DNA from: Candidatus Heimdallarchaeota archaeon
GTDB lineage: Archaea > Asgardarchaeota > Heimdallarchaeia > Heimdallarchaeales > Heimdallarchaeaceae
Direction: 5' to 3'
Assembly (NCBI GenBank): GCA_030668875.1
Contig: DAOVER010000024.1
Coordinates: 1 to 32,000 of the forward strand
Length of the DNA stretch: 32,000 nt
Part shown: positions 1 through 8,723 of the stretch, piece by piece
Numbering within the stretch: position 1 is the stretch's first letter
Layout: each line of letters begins with the position of its first letter
Translations under genes and position numbers: made by a program
Notes under the pieces: model-generated
The model's input: only the letters and a program-made list of their open reading frames with translations
What the model was told of the DNA's origin: nothing
The model's database searches: none

Positions 1-141
1 TGTCGGAGTAAATGCGCACTCCCTTCCTTCCTTCCCCAATCATGATCCTCATGATTCTTCCCCTCAACGCACGTGAGGGGACCCACTTAAACGACGGTTA
101 GACCGCCTTTGGCAAGTTTAACCAAGTTTCATAACGTGCGT
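1..141 (-). mobile_element. GC-rich structured insert interrupting the adjacent gene (possible IS end or structured RNA); runs off the window edge
   Basis: 71/140 G+C counted over 1-140, against about 30% elsewhere. Four stem-loops: 5-9/18-22, 38-45/49-56, 59-66/74-81, 93-98/102-107. Homology of the neighbouring ORF stops abruptly at 142-138. No transposase, terminal repeat or target duplication is visible in the window. Confidence 0.4.
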
Positions 142-472
142 AATCATTTGCGTCAACATAGCAGTTATGAATAGTAAAATATTTTGTTGTATCAGTGATA
201 TGAATACCAGTGCTATCCGTTGTCGTAATATTGTATCCTTCAATAAGATAAGGATCTCCAGCTGTTCCTAATCCAGGAAAAACCTCAAAATCACTATCAG
301 AAGAAATTTCAATAGAATCATGTGGAATTAGTGAGGAGTAGGAGGGGGGTTCAGTAGATACTGTTGTAGCATTTATACTCATACTAGAGAACGAAAGCAT
401 TATACTAATCATCAGCAAAAAACATAAAACGCTTCTAATTAACATTTTAGACTTTTTTGGTTGCAGGTTCAT
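98..472 (-). pseudogene. Truncated secreted NosD/CASH-type right-handed beta-helix protein (N-terminal fragment only)
   Basis: Signal peptide, then PHDSIEI..SDF..FPG.GT.GDPYLIEGYNIT..GIHI.DTTKYFTIHNCYVDANDY, the usual lead-in to archaeal beta-helix repeat proteins. After DANDY the frame reads 13 unrelated residues encoded by the GC-rich insert and stops. Confidence 0.6.
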
Positions 473-652
473 TTTTTCACCATTATTTTTTAAATAGATA
501 TAATAATTCGCTTTATGAATTATAATTCTATAGTTAGGGGTCAGAGGAATATCATAGAGAAACTTCAGAGTTTATTGTAGATATAATACTATCTAATAAT
601 CTCAAGAATTTTCAAATTAGAAGATTTAATAATAACCAAGCTATTTTAATTA

Positions 653-2227
653 ATGATGTCAAAGAGAACCATTCACAGAATTAATCATGTCATCGGATAT
701 ATATTCTATGTGTCGTTTATTGTCTACCTAATTCTATCTCTAATTTCTATAATTCAGAAAAGCGTAGAATTAGGTGTGGGTGGCATCATATTGAATATAT
801 TATCATTGATTTTAGAAATATTAGGACCGATTTATATGATTTATTTCCTTGTCCAACTTATTGATGGTTTTCTCAAAATAGGTGAATTGGCCTATGATAT
901 AAATGCAATAGATGGTCAAAAGAAGGTTAGTGTCATTATCCCCATACACAATGTTCCAATTCCAGTTTTAGAGGAAACTTTGGTGGGTTTAACTAAACAA
1001 ACTTACAAAAATTTTGATGTTTGGGTTGGCGATGATAGTCCTGATAAAATTCTAAGGAAAAAATATGAAAATCTGTGTAATAAGTACAATTTTACCTACT
1101 TTCATGCAGAAAATAAGAAACTTAAGGCTGGGATGTTAAATCTTGTTATTCCAAAAACAAAAGGAGATTATGTTATATTTTTTGATGTAGACCATGTTCC
1201 TACTGAAGACATTCTCGCGAAATTTGTTGCAATTTTAGATCAATATCCAGAATATGAATTTGTTCAAGCAAAATATGGTTTTCGCAATGCTACTAATGTA
1301 CTCCATGTATGGTCAGCAATGACTACAAGCCAGATTTTTTGTTCTCAAAATGCACGACGTACTTTTGGAGCAGTTCTTTTCCAAGGAGCATCTGCTTGTT
1401 TTCGCAGGAGTGGAGTTCAAAACATACCTGAGAATGTTGTTATAGAAGATTATTCCCACTCAATTTCTCTTATGACTCAAAAGAAACAAGGTTACTTCTT
1501 AGATGAATTTGCATCTCAAACATTACTACCAAGTACCCTAGATCATCAGATGTCACAATTGTATCGGTGGATAAAAGGGCAAACTAGTTCCTTTGTTGCT
1601 CATATCAAAGACATTCTTATGAGGAGATTGAGCTTTAAACAATCAGCAGATTTATTCTTTACATCCACCATTATATTCGGGGTCACAAGTTTCTATGGAC
1701 TTGGATTTGTTTATGGTTTTATGTATTTATTCAAAACACCCTACTTTAGAGCCGGAGGTTTAGATGAATACTCACAAATTATCATACCAATATTAATCAT
1801 GATAATTTACGGAGGTACGTTCGCTATTATGATAATTTATTTCATCAGATCAAAGTTTCTAAAATTGAAAGCTTGGCATGTTCCGTTCTATGTAATCTTT
1901 GGTGGATTAGCTTCACCTTTTCTAAAAGTAGCAGCGATAGATGGACTATTTACATCTCTATTCAGGGTAAAGAAAGTTGAATGGAATAAAAGACTAAAAT
2001 TAGGATTATGGGGAGCATTCTTTTCATCAATTGGAATTCTATTCCTTGGTCTTACAGTGATTTCAACACTGGATCTAGCAGGGATAATAAACTATTATGG
2101 GATGAATTTCTACTTTGCGATTTTTCTGGCAGTAGGTTTTGCTCTTACTTTTGTATTACCATTCATCTTAATGGCAAGGAACAAGTTTCAAACTGCAGAT
2201 TTCGAAGAAAAGCACATTTTCCACTAG
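653..2227 (+). CDS. Processive GT2 glycosyltransferase (cellulose-synthase/BcsA-like), multi-pass membrane protein
   Basis: DDS, KAG, DVDH, VQ, FQGASACFRR, IED and QLYRW (QxxRW) motifs in the expected order; 2 N-terminal and several C-terminal TM segments. Confidence 0.9.
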   Translation: MMSKRTIHRINHVIGYIFYVSFIVYLILSLISIIQKSVELGVGGIILNILSLILEILGPIYMIYFLVQLIDGFLKIGELAYDINAIDGQKKVSVIIPIHNVPIPVLEETLVGLTKQTYKNFDVWVGDDSPDKILRKKYENLCNKYNFTYFHAENKKLKAGMLNLVIPKTKGDYVIFFDVDHVPTEDILAKFVAILDQYPEYEFVQAKYGFRNATNVLHVWSAMTTSQIFCSQNARRTFGAVLFQGASACFRRSGVQNIPENVVIEDYSHSISLMTQKKQGYFLDEFASQTLLPSTLDHQMSQLYRWIKGQTSSFVAHIKDILMRRLSFKQSADLFFTSTIIFGVTSFYGLGFVYGFMYLFKTPYFRAGGLDEYSQIIIPILIMIIYGGTFAIMIIYFIRSKFLKLKAWHVPFYVIFGGLASPFLKVAAIDGLFTSLFRVKKVEWNKRLKLGLWGAFFSSIGILFLGLTVISTLDLAGIINYYGMNFYFAIFLAVGFALTFVLPFILMARNKFQTADFEEKHIFH

Positions 2228-2295
2228 CTTTTCTCATTGCAATTCTCATAACATTTATTATATTTGAAAGATTAAGAAGAACAGAAGCGATTTCA

Positions 2296-3336
2296 ATGGA
2301 AAAAGACTTGGAATATATGATCCCACTAAAAGAACGAGATACTAAGAATTTCTTTTTTAAAGTAATTAAACCTTCAAAAAAAGTATGGTTCATTAGTGTA
2401 TTAATATTTCTCAGTTGTTATGTAGCATGGTTTTTATCGATCTGGTTTCTAAGTGGCGCAGAAAGCCCTTCACAAAAACTATTAATCACAATTTTAGTTG
2501 TTATTACTTCTATAGTATCTCCACTTTTAGGTTTATTTCTCTGGAAACTGGTTGGTGGATGGGTCTCTAAGAAACTGATATTTGAAACATTGAAAACAAA
2601 ACATGAGAAAAGAGGGGAAATACGAGAAACCTTAAGCAAACTAAAAAAAGACAGAGAATATCATAAATTTAGTTTCTTCCGCATTTCAATTGCACTTTTG
2701 TTTGGTTTTGATTTAACAACAGATTCAAAGTACTATTTGGAGGAAAAAACACATAGTATTGATATTGGAAGTTTCAAATCGTTTGTAGGTACAAGACTAT
2801 ATGATATAATGTCAGCATCTCTTGGAGTAGGATTTCTCATTGCAACTATAGTTAAATCTGCTATATCAGATCCTTTCGTTGGATTTACAACAGGGGCTCT
2901 TGTATTACTATTTGCCCCCATTCTTATATGTTGGTTAACACCAGTTGTTTGGGCTATAAAGGATGCACAAATTAAGTATATTAAACCAAACAATCGTGAT
3001 TATGAATTATCAGATAAGGTAAGAAAAAGTCTTGTAAGCATGTTCTTTGGCATATCTGCATGGTTAGCAGGATTCAGTTTCTTCGTAAATCTAGCAGAAG
3101 AAATGACTACATTTGATGATAAATTTGCAGCCAAAGTGGCTATCTTCTTCATAGCTTTTGCAGGAGTACTAATTGTCACGATATTAGCTTTTGGAACCTT
3201 GTATCTATTTGGTATGCTGTATCTCAATTTCTTCCATGAGAAAAGAGTTAATGATTTAAGAGGGGAACTAAGTGAGATCTTACCTTATGCGCAAACAAAT
3301 GCAATAGTTTCTGAAGAATCAGAACATCTAATATAA
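2296..3336 (+). CDS. Hypothetical multi-pass membrane protein (346 aa)
   Basis: About 6 hydrophobic helices. Start moved from 2008 to the ATG at 2296 to avoid a 220-nt overlap with the GT2 gene. Confidence 0.75.
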   Translation: MEKDLEYMIPLKERDTKNFFFKVIKPSKKVWFISVLIFLSCYVAWFLSIWFLSGAESPSQKLLITILVVITSIVSPLLGLFLWKLVGGWVSKKLIFETLKTKHEKRGEIRETLSKLKKDREYHKFSFFRISIALLFGFDLTTDSKYYLEEKTHSIDIGSFKSFVGTRLYDIMSASLGVGFLIATIVKSAISDPFVGFTTGALVLLFAPILICWLTPVVWAIKDAQIKYIKPNNRDYELSDKVRKSLVSMFFGISAWLAGFSFFVNLAEEMTTFDDKFAAKVAIFFIAFAGVLIVTILAFGTLYLFGMLYLNFFHEKRVNDLRGELSEILPYAQTNAIVSEESEHLI

Positions 3337-3369
3337 TCTAGTAAATCTATTACCATTGATATTATTTTT

Positions 3370-3744
3370 TTAATTATCAGGTATCACTAAGTCTACAGAT
3401 TCTATTGTTAGATTTTTCATGTTAATGTGAGTGTCCCTTGAACCACATTTTGGACATATAAAATTGTAAGCAAATTCAGGATCTCCTTTTTCATCTGGTT
3501 CTCCCTTGTAATCGCATTCTAGACAGCTTATCTCTGCCTTACTGATTTGTATTTCAAGTGTAGAATTTTTAAATTTATCTAGCTCATGAATTATTATCCC
3601 ATATGCTTCTATCAGAAGCTCTGGTATGATCATTTCGTATGGACTAGCAGACACGATAATCTTTTTCACTTGAATAGCTTTGTGCTCTTCTACAATTGCC
3701 TTCACTTGGTCAACAATTGCAGAAGCAACACTATATTCATGCAT
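3370..3744 (-). CDS. hypA: Hydrogenase maturation nickel metallochaperone HypA
   Basis: N-terminal MHE Ni motif; CLEC and CPKCGS zinc site; directly downstream of hypB. Confidence 0.95.
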   Translation of the reverse strand: MHEYSVASAIVDQVKAIVEEHKAIQVKKIIVSASPYEMIIPELLIEAYGIIIHELDKFKNSTLEIQISKAEISCLECDYKGEPDEKGDPEFAYNFICPKCGSRDTHINMKNLTIESVDLVIPDN

Positions 3745-3756
3745 TTTTATCGTCCT

Positions 3757-4407
3757 TTAGGGTTCAATTCCAAGCGCTTTGATAAGTTCATCAATCCCTT
3801 GTCCAGTTTTTGCACTTGTTAGAATAACTTTCATTCCAGATTTTAATTTTGAAGCGTCTTCCGCTAAGACATCAGAGTTAAAACCCAATCCATCAAGATC
3901 ACATTTATTGATTATTGCAATTGCTGCATTTTTAAAGATAATAGGATGTTTCTTAACAACGTATTCGCCTTCTGTTATACTAACAACAGTGATGTTGAGC
4001 TGTGCCCCAATATCCCAAGCAGCTGGGCAGATTAGATTTCCTACATTTTCAGCAATGAAAATATCATAATCATCAATATTTATTTTATCTAATTCATTTT
4101 GGATTAGTTTTGCACTCAGATGGCAACCACCACCTGTGTTTATCTGTACTGTTGTTGCTCCCTGTTTAGCTATTCTATCAGAATCTATTGTAGTAGCTAC
4201 ATCTCCATTGATAACGAAGACACGATATTTCGAAGAGAGTTTTGCAGCCAGCTGCTCTAAAATAAGAGTTTTTCCTGCCCCGATTGAACCCATCATATTG
4301 AAAAACAGTTTATTCTTACTCTTCATTGATTCTCTAATTTTATCTGCAAGTTCATCATTTACTTGATAAGCATGCTTCTTTACAACAACTTTTTTCTCTG
4401 GGGACAT
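3757..4407 (-). CDS. hypB: Hydrogenase nickel-incorporation GTPase HypB
   Basis: GSIGAGKT P-loop, INTGGGCHL, ENVGNLICPA, NKCD. ATG at 4407 chosen; an alternative TTG start lies at 4419. Confidence 0.95.
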   Translation of the reverse strand: MSPEKKVVVKKHAYQVNDELADKIRESMKSKNKLFFNMMGSIGAGKTLILEQLAAKLSSKYRVFVINGDVATTIDSDRIAKQGATTVQINTGGGCHLSAKLIQNELDKINIDDYDIFIAENVGNLICPAAWDIGAQLNITVVSITEGEYVVKKHPIIFKNAAIAIINKCDLDGLGFNSDVLAEDASKLKSGMKVILTSAKTGQGIDELIKALGIEP

Positions 4408-4537
4408 AATATCAAACAACGAACGCTTTAAAGTAATTATAAGTTATTCCATCCAACTATTTTTGGCACTAGCACAGCAACAAAATTTATTACCTTAAAA
4501 TTCATAATATCTTTAGTAACCGGTTAGAGGTATATGG

Positions 4538-6337
4538 ATGAAACTACCAATTTTCAGAAAATCAAAGAGAGCAGTATCGCCTGTTTTAGCAACAGTGATG
4601 TTGATTAGCCTTGTTGTAGCAGCTAGTGCGATGGTTTATTTTATAGTTGTACCTATGTTAAAAGGCAGTTCTAATGTAGATTTACTTACAGTTCAATGGT
4701 TTGATAGTGATGGAGACTCTGTTACTGATGTAGCATATGTTACACTACAGAATTCAGGAACAGCAACGGCTATTGTAAAAGGCCTCAATGTTACCATAAC
4801 TACAGATACTCAAAATGAAACTGAGATTCTCAATGCATTTGTTCAAGGTTATGAGTTGCCTTTGGCTATAGATACGACACAGAGAGTAGATTTAGTACTA
4901 GTTTTTGATCCAACCAGCCATGTAGAAATTGGAGAAAATGTATTTAGAATTAAGATAACTTATGATAACGATTTAGTAGCCTTTGCTCCCGATAATCTCA
5001 GAAACGTCAATGTTATTGAATCGCTAGATTTGACCGTTCTCAACCCTATAAATGGCAGCTGGGTGAGTGGGATTATTGACCCTCAAGCTATTGCCATAGG
5101 TGGATTTAAGACATCAGCGATTACTTATGATTTTCTTCTACCAGATGACTCTGTGGTTCTAAATGATCAAGCAATTACGACTAATATTGATTCTACACTA
5201 TATCTAGATGCTAATGACTACAAGATAGATTTTTACGTTAATGATAGTCTTGGTCAGTCATCGACAATCAGAAGGACCTTCGGAATAGACAATGATGATA
5301 TTGGGATAACTTTTGGAGTAAACAGTTCAATTATCAATCCTGGAGACTTCTTGAGCGCTTCATGGACATTAACTATCGTTGGAGCTGAATTAGTTAATCA
5401 AACATTAGTCCTTGGAGGAGATGTTTTTCCATACCAGCAAGTTTTCACTTCAACTGAACCCACTGTAACAGAATATATTCTAACTGGATCACAAACTTTA
5501 CAGATGGCAGAAGATGACCTAGTTTTTACTCTGTATGTCAAGGATGCAGCAGGAAATCTTAACAGCGCTGGAGATACCTTTTCATTAATCGACAATATTG
5601 CTCCAATAACATATTTCATTACTCCTGAAAACGATACTAGTGAATCAGGCACTATTCTCTTAGAGGTTTATGCTTCTGACCCATCAGGTATCGATACAAC
5701 TAGATTTGATGTGTATTTCTTCAGCTTAACTACATCTTTCAATTACCTCTACCAACAAAGTGTTCAAGGAGAAGCAACATTCATTGTTAATCAGAATAAA
5801 TGGGTATTATACTTCAGCAGTTATGTTTTACCTGATGATAATTACTCAATCGTTGCACAAGTTTATGATCTATCAAGCAATGGAAACGGTAATTCTGCTG
5901 TAGTTGATATCATTGAAATAGATAATGATGTAATAGATGTCTATGGGGCTGCTGCAGTAGATGGCAGAGGAGGATTTTTCTTCAAAAGAAGGGGAGTGCT
6001 TTCCTTCTATGTCAGAAGTCTTGTTCCATCTGAAACTCTTACAATTGAAACTATCAAACTCAGTTGGGGAGGAAACAATAGAGTTACACACGTATGGGAT
6101 GTTTATGATGATACAATCTCACAATATTGGGTTGAAGGTGCAGTTCATGCAGAAGATGCAGAAATGCCGGTAGCAGCGATTCAAGGCGGTGTGAACATTA
6201 CAGCAACATTAGATCATCATCTAACTATACAATTCGACTTCGGAGATAAACCTACAAATGTTGCCTTCATTGTTTCATTCTACATTTCTAGCTCTATCTT
6301 TACTGGCTGGGAATCTTTTGTTATAGATTCAGTTTAA
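4538..6337 (+). CDS. Large archaeal type IV pilin-like protein with C-terminal Ig-like beta-sandwich domains
   Basis: Class III signal KRA/VSPVLATVMLISLVV (Pilin_N type). Beta-rich acidic body containing LNPINGSWVSG and PITYFITPENDTSESGTILLEVYASDPSGID Ig-like segments. GAGGT Shine-Dalgarno upstream. Confidence 0.8.
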   Translation: MKLPIFRKSKRAVSPVLATVMLISLVVAASAMVYFIVVPMLKGSSNVDLLTVQWFDSDGDSVTDVAYVTLQNSGTATAIVKGLNVTITTDTQNETEILNAFVQGYELPLAIDTTQRVDLVLVFDPTSHVEIGENVFRIKITYDNDLVAFAPDNLRNVNVIESLDLTVLNPINGSWVSGIIDPQAIAIGGFKTSAITYDFLLPDDSVVLNDQAITTNIDSTLYLDANDYKIDFYVNDSLGQSSTIRRTFGIDNDDIGITFGVNSSIINPGDFLSASWTLTIVGAELVNQTLVLGGDVFPYQQVFTSTEPTVTEYILTGSQTLQMAEDDLVFTLYVKDAAGNLNSAGDTFSLIDNIAPITYFITPENDTSESGTILLEVYASDPSGIDTTRFDVYFFSLTTSFNYLYQQSVQGEATFIVNQNKWVLYFSSYVLPDDNYSIVAQVYDLSSNGNGNSAVVDIIEIDNDVIDVYGAAAVDGRGGFFFKRRGVLSFYVRSLVPSETLTIETIKLSWGGNNRVTHVWDVYDDTISQYWVEGAVHAEDAEMPVAAIQGGVNITATLDHHLTIQFDFGDKPTNVAFIVSFYISSSIFTGWESFVIDSV

Positions 6338-6343
6338 ACACCA

Positions 6344-6364
6344 TTCCTTTTCTTTCTTTTTTTT
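6344..6364 (+). terminator. Archaeal oligo-T terminator after the pilin-like gene
   Basis: TTCCTTTTCTTTCTTTTTTTT beginning 7 nt after the stop codon. Confidence 0.55.
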
Positions 6365-6444
6365 CAGTTTTGTTAATCTTTTAAACATCAATTTTCAATT
6401 AGTACTGACGAAAACCTAATAACTTAATTTGGAGTTCTCATATT

Positions 6445-7347
6445 ATGAAGGTCACTTACGATCGATATCCGGAGTTACCAAAATTCCTGAAAACTTTCGT
6501 AGAATACGCTGTTACGACCTTACAAACTCGTTCTATACTTCTAACAGGTGATATTGTTTTAGATGATTTTTCAAAAAGATATAGCTCTATTGATATTGTA
6601 ATTATTTTAGAGAAAAATCTCTGGGATAAAGATTATGATACTATTGATGAACTGGTAAATCGATTGGTTATTGTTAACAAAGAATTTGCTCATATTTGTA
6701 GGGTATTTTTTATACCTTATGCTATGCTTTCCGATACTAGAGTAACTCATCATGATATTGAAGGCATTATTGTTAGTAATTTGCAGCAAGAAATCATAAA
6801 TAGATATCCCCTTGAGCAATCAGAAGATTTTCTTGTTCGTGAAAAAAGTCAAGTTCTTTATGGCGAGGATTTAAAACAACTTTTTCCAATCCCACCAGTT
6901 GAAGGGTTTTGGTATGAGTTTTTAGAAAAATTCTCTAACTTGGAAAAGGCTGCCAAAAACTTTCCATTTCAACCTACAACATCTCCAAACTATGAACTAG
7001 CGATGGATTGGATTTTGTGGTTTTCAAACCTCCTATATTCATTGAAAAACAATGACTTAATCGGTAAGATGAAAAGTGCTTATTGGTTTACAAATGAATA
7101 TCCTGGTAAAATGGGCGATTTTGTAGTAGAAGTAGCAAACTGTCGAAAAAGGAATATATCTCTTACAAGTATTATGGAACTTGTACATAAATCCAGAGAA
7201 TTGATGATGTTTGCATTAGAAAGAGCCTTTAGAATAAAGGGGATTCAAATGACATACTTGAAAGATTTGATGAAGGTAGAAAATGATATTGCGAATTTCA
7301 GTAGAGTTTTCATGGAAGTACGTAATATAATCGAAAATCTGCGATAG
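6445..7347 (+). CDS. ANT(3'')/ANT(9)-like nucleotidyltransferase-fold protein with DUF4111-like helical domain; active-site motifs degenerate
   Basis: LLTGDIVLDDFSKRYSSIDIVII aligns to family hhGS.hhGDF....SDIDhhhh. VREKSQVLYGEDLKQLFP and LLYSLKNNDLIGKMKSAYW match the C-terminal patterns of the family. Confidence 0.7.
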   Translation: MKVTYDRYPELPKFLKTFVEYAVTTLQTRSILLTGDIVLDDFSKRYSSIDIVIILEKNLWDKDYDTIDELVNRLVIVNKEFAHICRVFFIPYAMLSDTRVTHHDIEGIIVSNLQQEIINRYPLEQSEDFLVREKSQVLYGEDLKQLFPIPPVEGFWYEFLEKFSNLEKAAKNFPFQPTTSPNYELAMDWILWFSNLLYSLKNNDLIGKMKSAYWFTNEYPGKMGDFVVEVANCRKRNISLTSIMELVHKSRELMMFALERAFRIKGIQMTYLKDLMKVENDIANFSRVFMEVRNIIENLR

Positions 7348-7355
7348 GAATTATT

Positions 7356-8723
7356 ATGAATTTCAGAGAGGAAGTACTTCAATCTTTTATAGAGAAACTT
7401 CAATTAGTTGCACCTGATACAATCGCAGTATATAGTTTTACAAGAAAAATTTCTCAGTTTGATAAGTGGCTTAAGGATAAGAAAGGATTAGTTATAATAT
7501 TAGAAGGGAGAGACTTTTCTATTCAAACTTTCATATTGATTGATCTGATTTATGATTCAATTCAGGATGAGTTTGGATGGGATGGTGGTTTGGAATTAGC
7601 AACTTCCTTCTCTAGGAATTATGTTAGAACAAGAACAAATCTATGGCATATGAATGTCCAAAACCCACAATGTTTACTACCTGAGGACCAACTAAACCTA
7701 ATAGAAACAGGTGTTTTAGTTTATGGTAAGGATGTTTTAAAGGAAATATCTTTCCCACATAACAGAGAAGAAATTCTGAAGATCGATATTGGTTTGACTA
7801 GAAAAGAAGCAAAGGAAATTGCAAACAGGCATAAACAATATGAACCTCTAGTCAATCCAGAATGTTGTTGGCAGAGGCATAGTTTTACTATTAATCATTC
7901 AATTGTTGACATTCTAAGAGGAGAGTTTGAGAGAGTGTCCAATGGTATTCAACCAGAGAAAAATGCACATATTTATGGCAGATATGGTGGTTCAGGAAAA
8001 ACACAGATAATATATTCTTTAATGAAATTATGTAAAGAACTTAAGCTACCATTCATCTATAGAACAGAATTTTGGAAGGATGAGAATGGGTTCTATAAAG
8101 AGGTTGAGAAGAATCCAGAAAATGAACCTAATGAAGTAGCAAACTGGTTAATCCAGAACATATCTACTACCAGAGTTGTAATTTTTCTGGATGAAATAGA
8201 TGTTGAACTAAGTTTATTTGAGAAGAAAATGGATAAGAAGTTTGAGAAAACCAAATGCCCATATCTAATTATCTCAGCGGGGAAAGACATACCTAGTTTT
8301 ACAAAAAGTAAATTTGATTTATTTGATATAAGCAAAGAATATCCATTTTCTGGTAAACAGTACTATGAATTAATCGAAAATTTATTAGACAAATCTAATA
8401 TCGATGAAAATCTTTTTCCCAAAAACCTCATAAAAATCTTAATAGAAAAAACAAAACTTTGGAATTCACCTATATCTCGAAGAACGCCTACTTCCATTAT
8501 TTTAGCAGCCAGTTTATCCTTCATTGAAGCCTTAAAGATAGCTGAATTAAGGAAACAACCTATCAATGTTACAAAAGAGCTTGTTGAGAAATGGTCATTG
8601 CTGAGTACATCACCTTGGTATCAAAAATACGGAGATATTCATGATGTTCATGCTGAATATTTAGTTTTTGATGGTAAAGATTATACTGAAATCGATCAGC
8701 ATTACAAACATCCTCTTCCTTAA
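7356..8723 (+). CDS. Fusion of a degenerate NTase-like N-terminal domain and a Cdc6/Orc1-like AAA+ ATPase lacking the winged-helix domain
   Basis: NAHIYGRYGGSGKT Walker A, VVIFLDEID Walker B, ALKIAELRKQPINVTKELVEK lid helix. N-terminal LIETGVLVYGKDVLKEISFP parallels the upstream ORF. Confidence 0.65.
   Translation: MNFREEVLQSFIEKLQLVAPDTIAVYSFTRKISQFDKWLKDKKGLVIILEGRDFSIQTFILIDLIYDSIQDEFGWDGGLELATSFSRNYVRTRTNLWHMNVQNPQCLLPEDQLNLIETGVLVYGKDVLKEISFPHNREEILKIDIGLTRKEAKEIANRHKQYEPLVNPECCWQRHSFTINHSIVDILRGEFERVSNGIQPEKNAHIYGRYGGSGKTQIIYSLMKLCKELKLPFIYRTEFWKDENGFYKEVEKNPENEPNEVANWLIQNISTTRVVIFLDEIDVELSLFEKKMDKKFEKTKCPYLIISAGKDIPSFTKSKFDLFDISKEYPFSGKQYYELIENLLDKSNIDENLFPKNLIKILIEKTKLWNSPISRRTPTSIILAASLSFIEALKIAELRKQPINVTKELVEKWSLLSTSPWYQKYGDIHDVHAEYLVFDGKDYTEIDQHYKHPLP

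Noticed and set aside
1-141. Group II intron, tRNA, rRNA, RNase P or SRP RNA identity for the GC-rich segment
   Set aside because: No GUGYG at the junction in the gene's sense, no domain V/VI, no cloverleaf, and no conserved RNase P, SRP or rRNA motifs recognised.
517-595. Palindrome GAATTATAATTC (517-528) and inverted repeat TAGATA-n6-TATCTA (578-595) in the divergent promoter region
   Set aside because: Could be operators, but short AT-only symmetry is common at this base composition and I found no second copy.
2008-2295. 96-aa N-terminal extension of the ORF listed as 2008..3336
   Set aside because: It overlaps the GT2 C-terminus by 220 nt in another frame and reads as shadow sequence; ATG 2296 is more plausible.
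3370-4419. Hydrogenase operon
   Set aside because: Only hypA and hypB are present; there are no structural or other hyp genes in the window.
6445-8723. CBASS (CD-NTase + TRIP13/Cap6) or a true cdc6/orc1 with replication origin
   Set aside because: The NTase lacks intact GS/DxD and resembles ANT/DUF4111 rather than CD-NTases; no HORMA or effector gene is present. The AAA+ has no winged helix and I saw no ORB repeats in the flanks.
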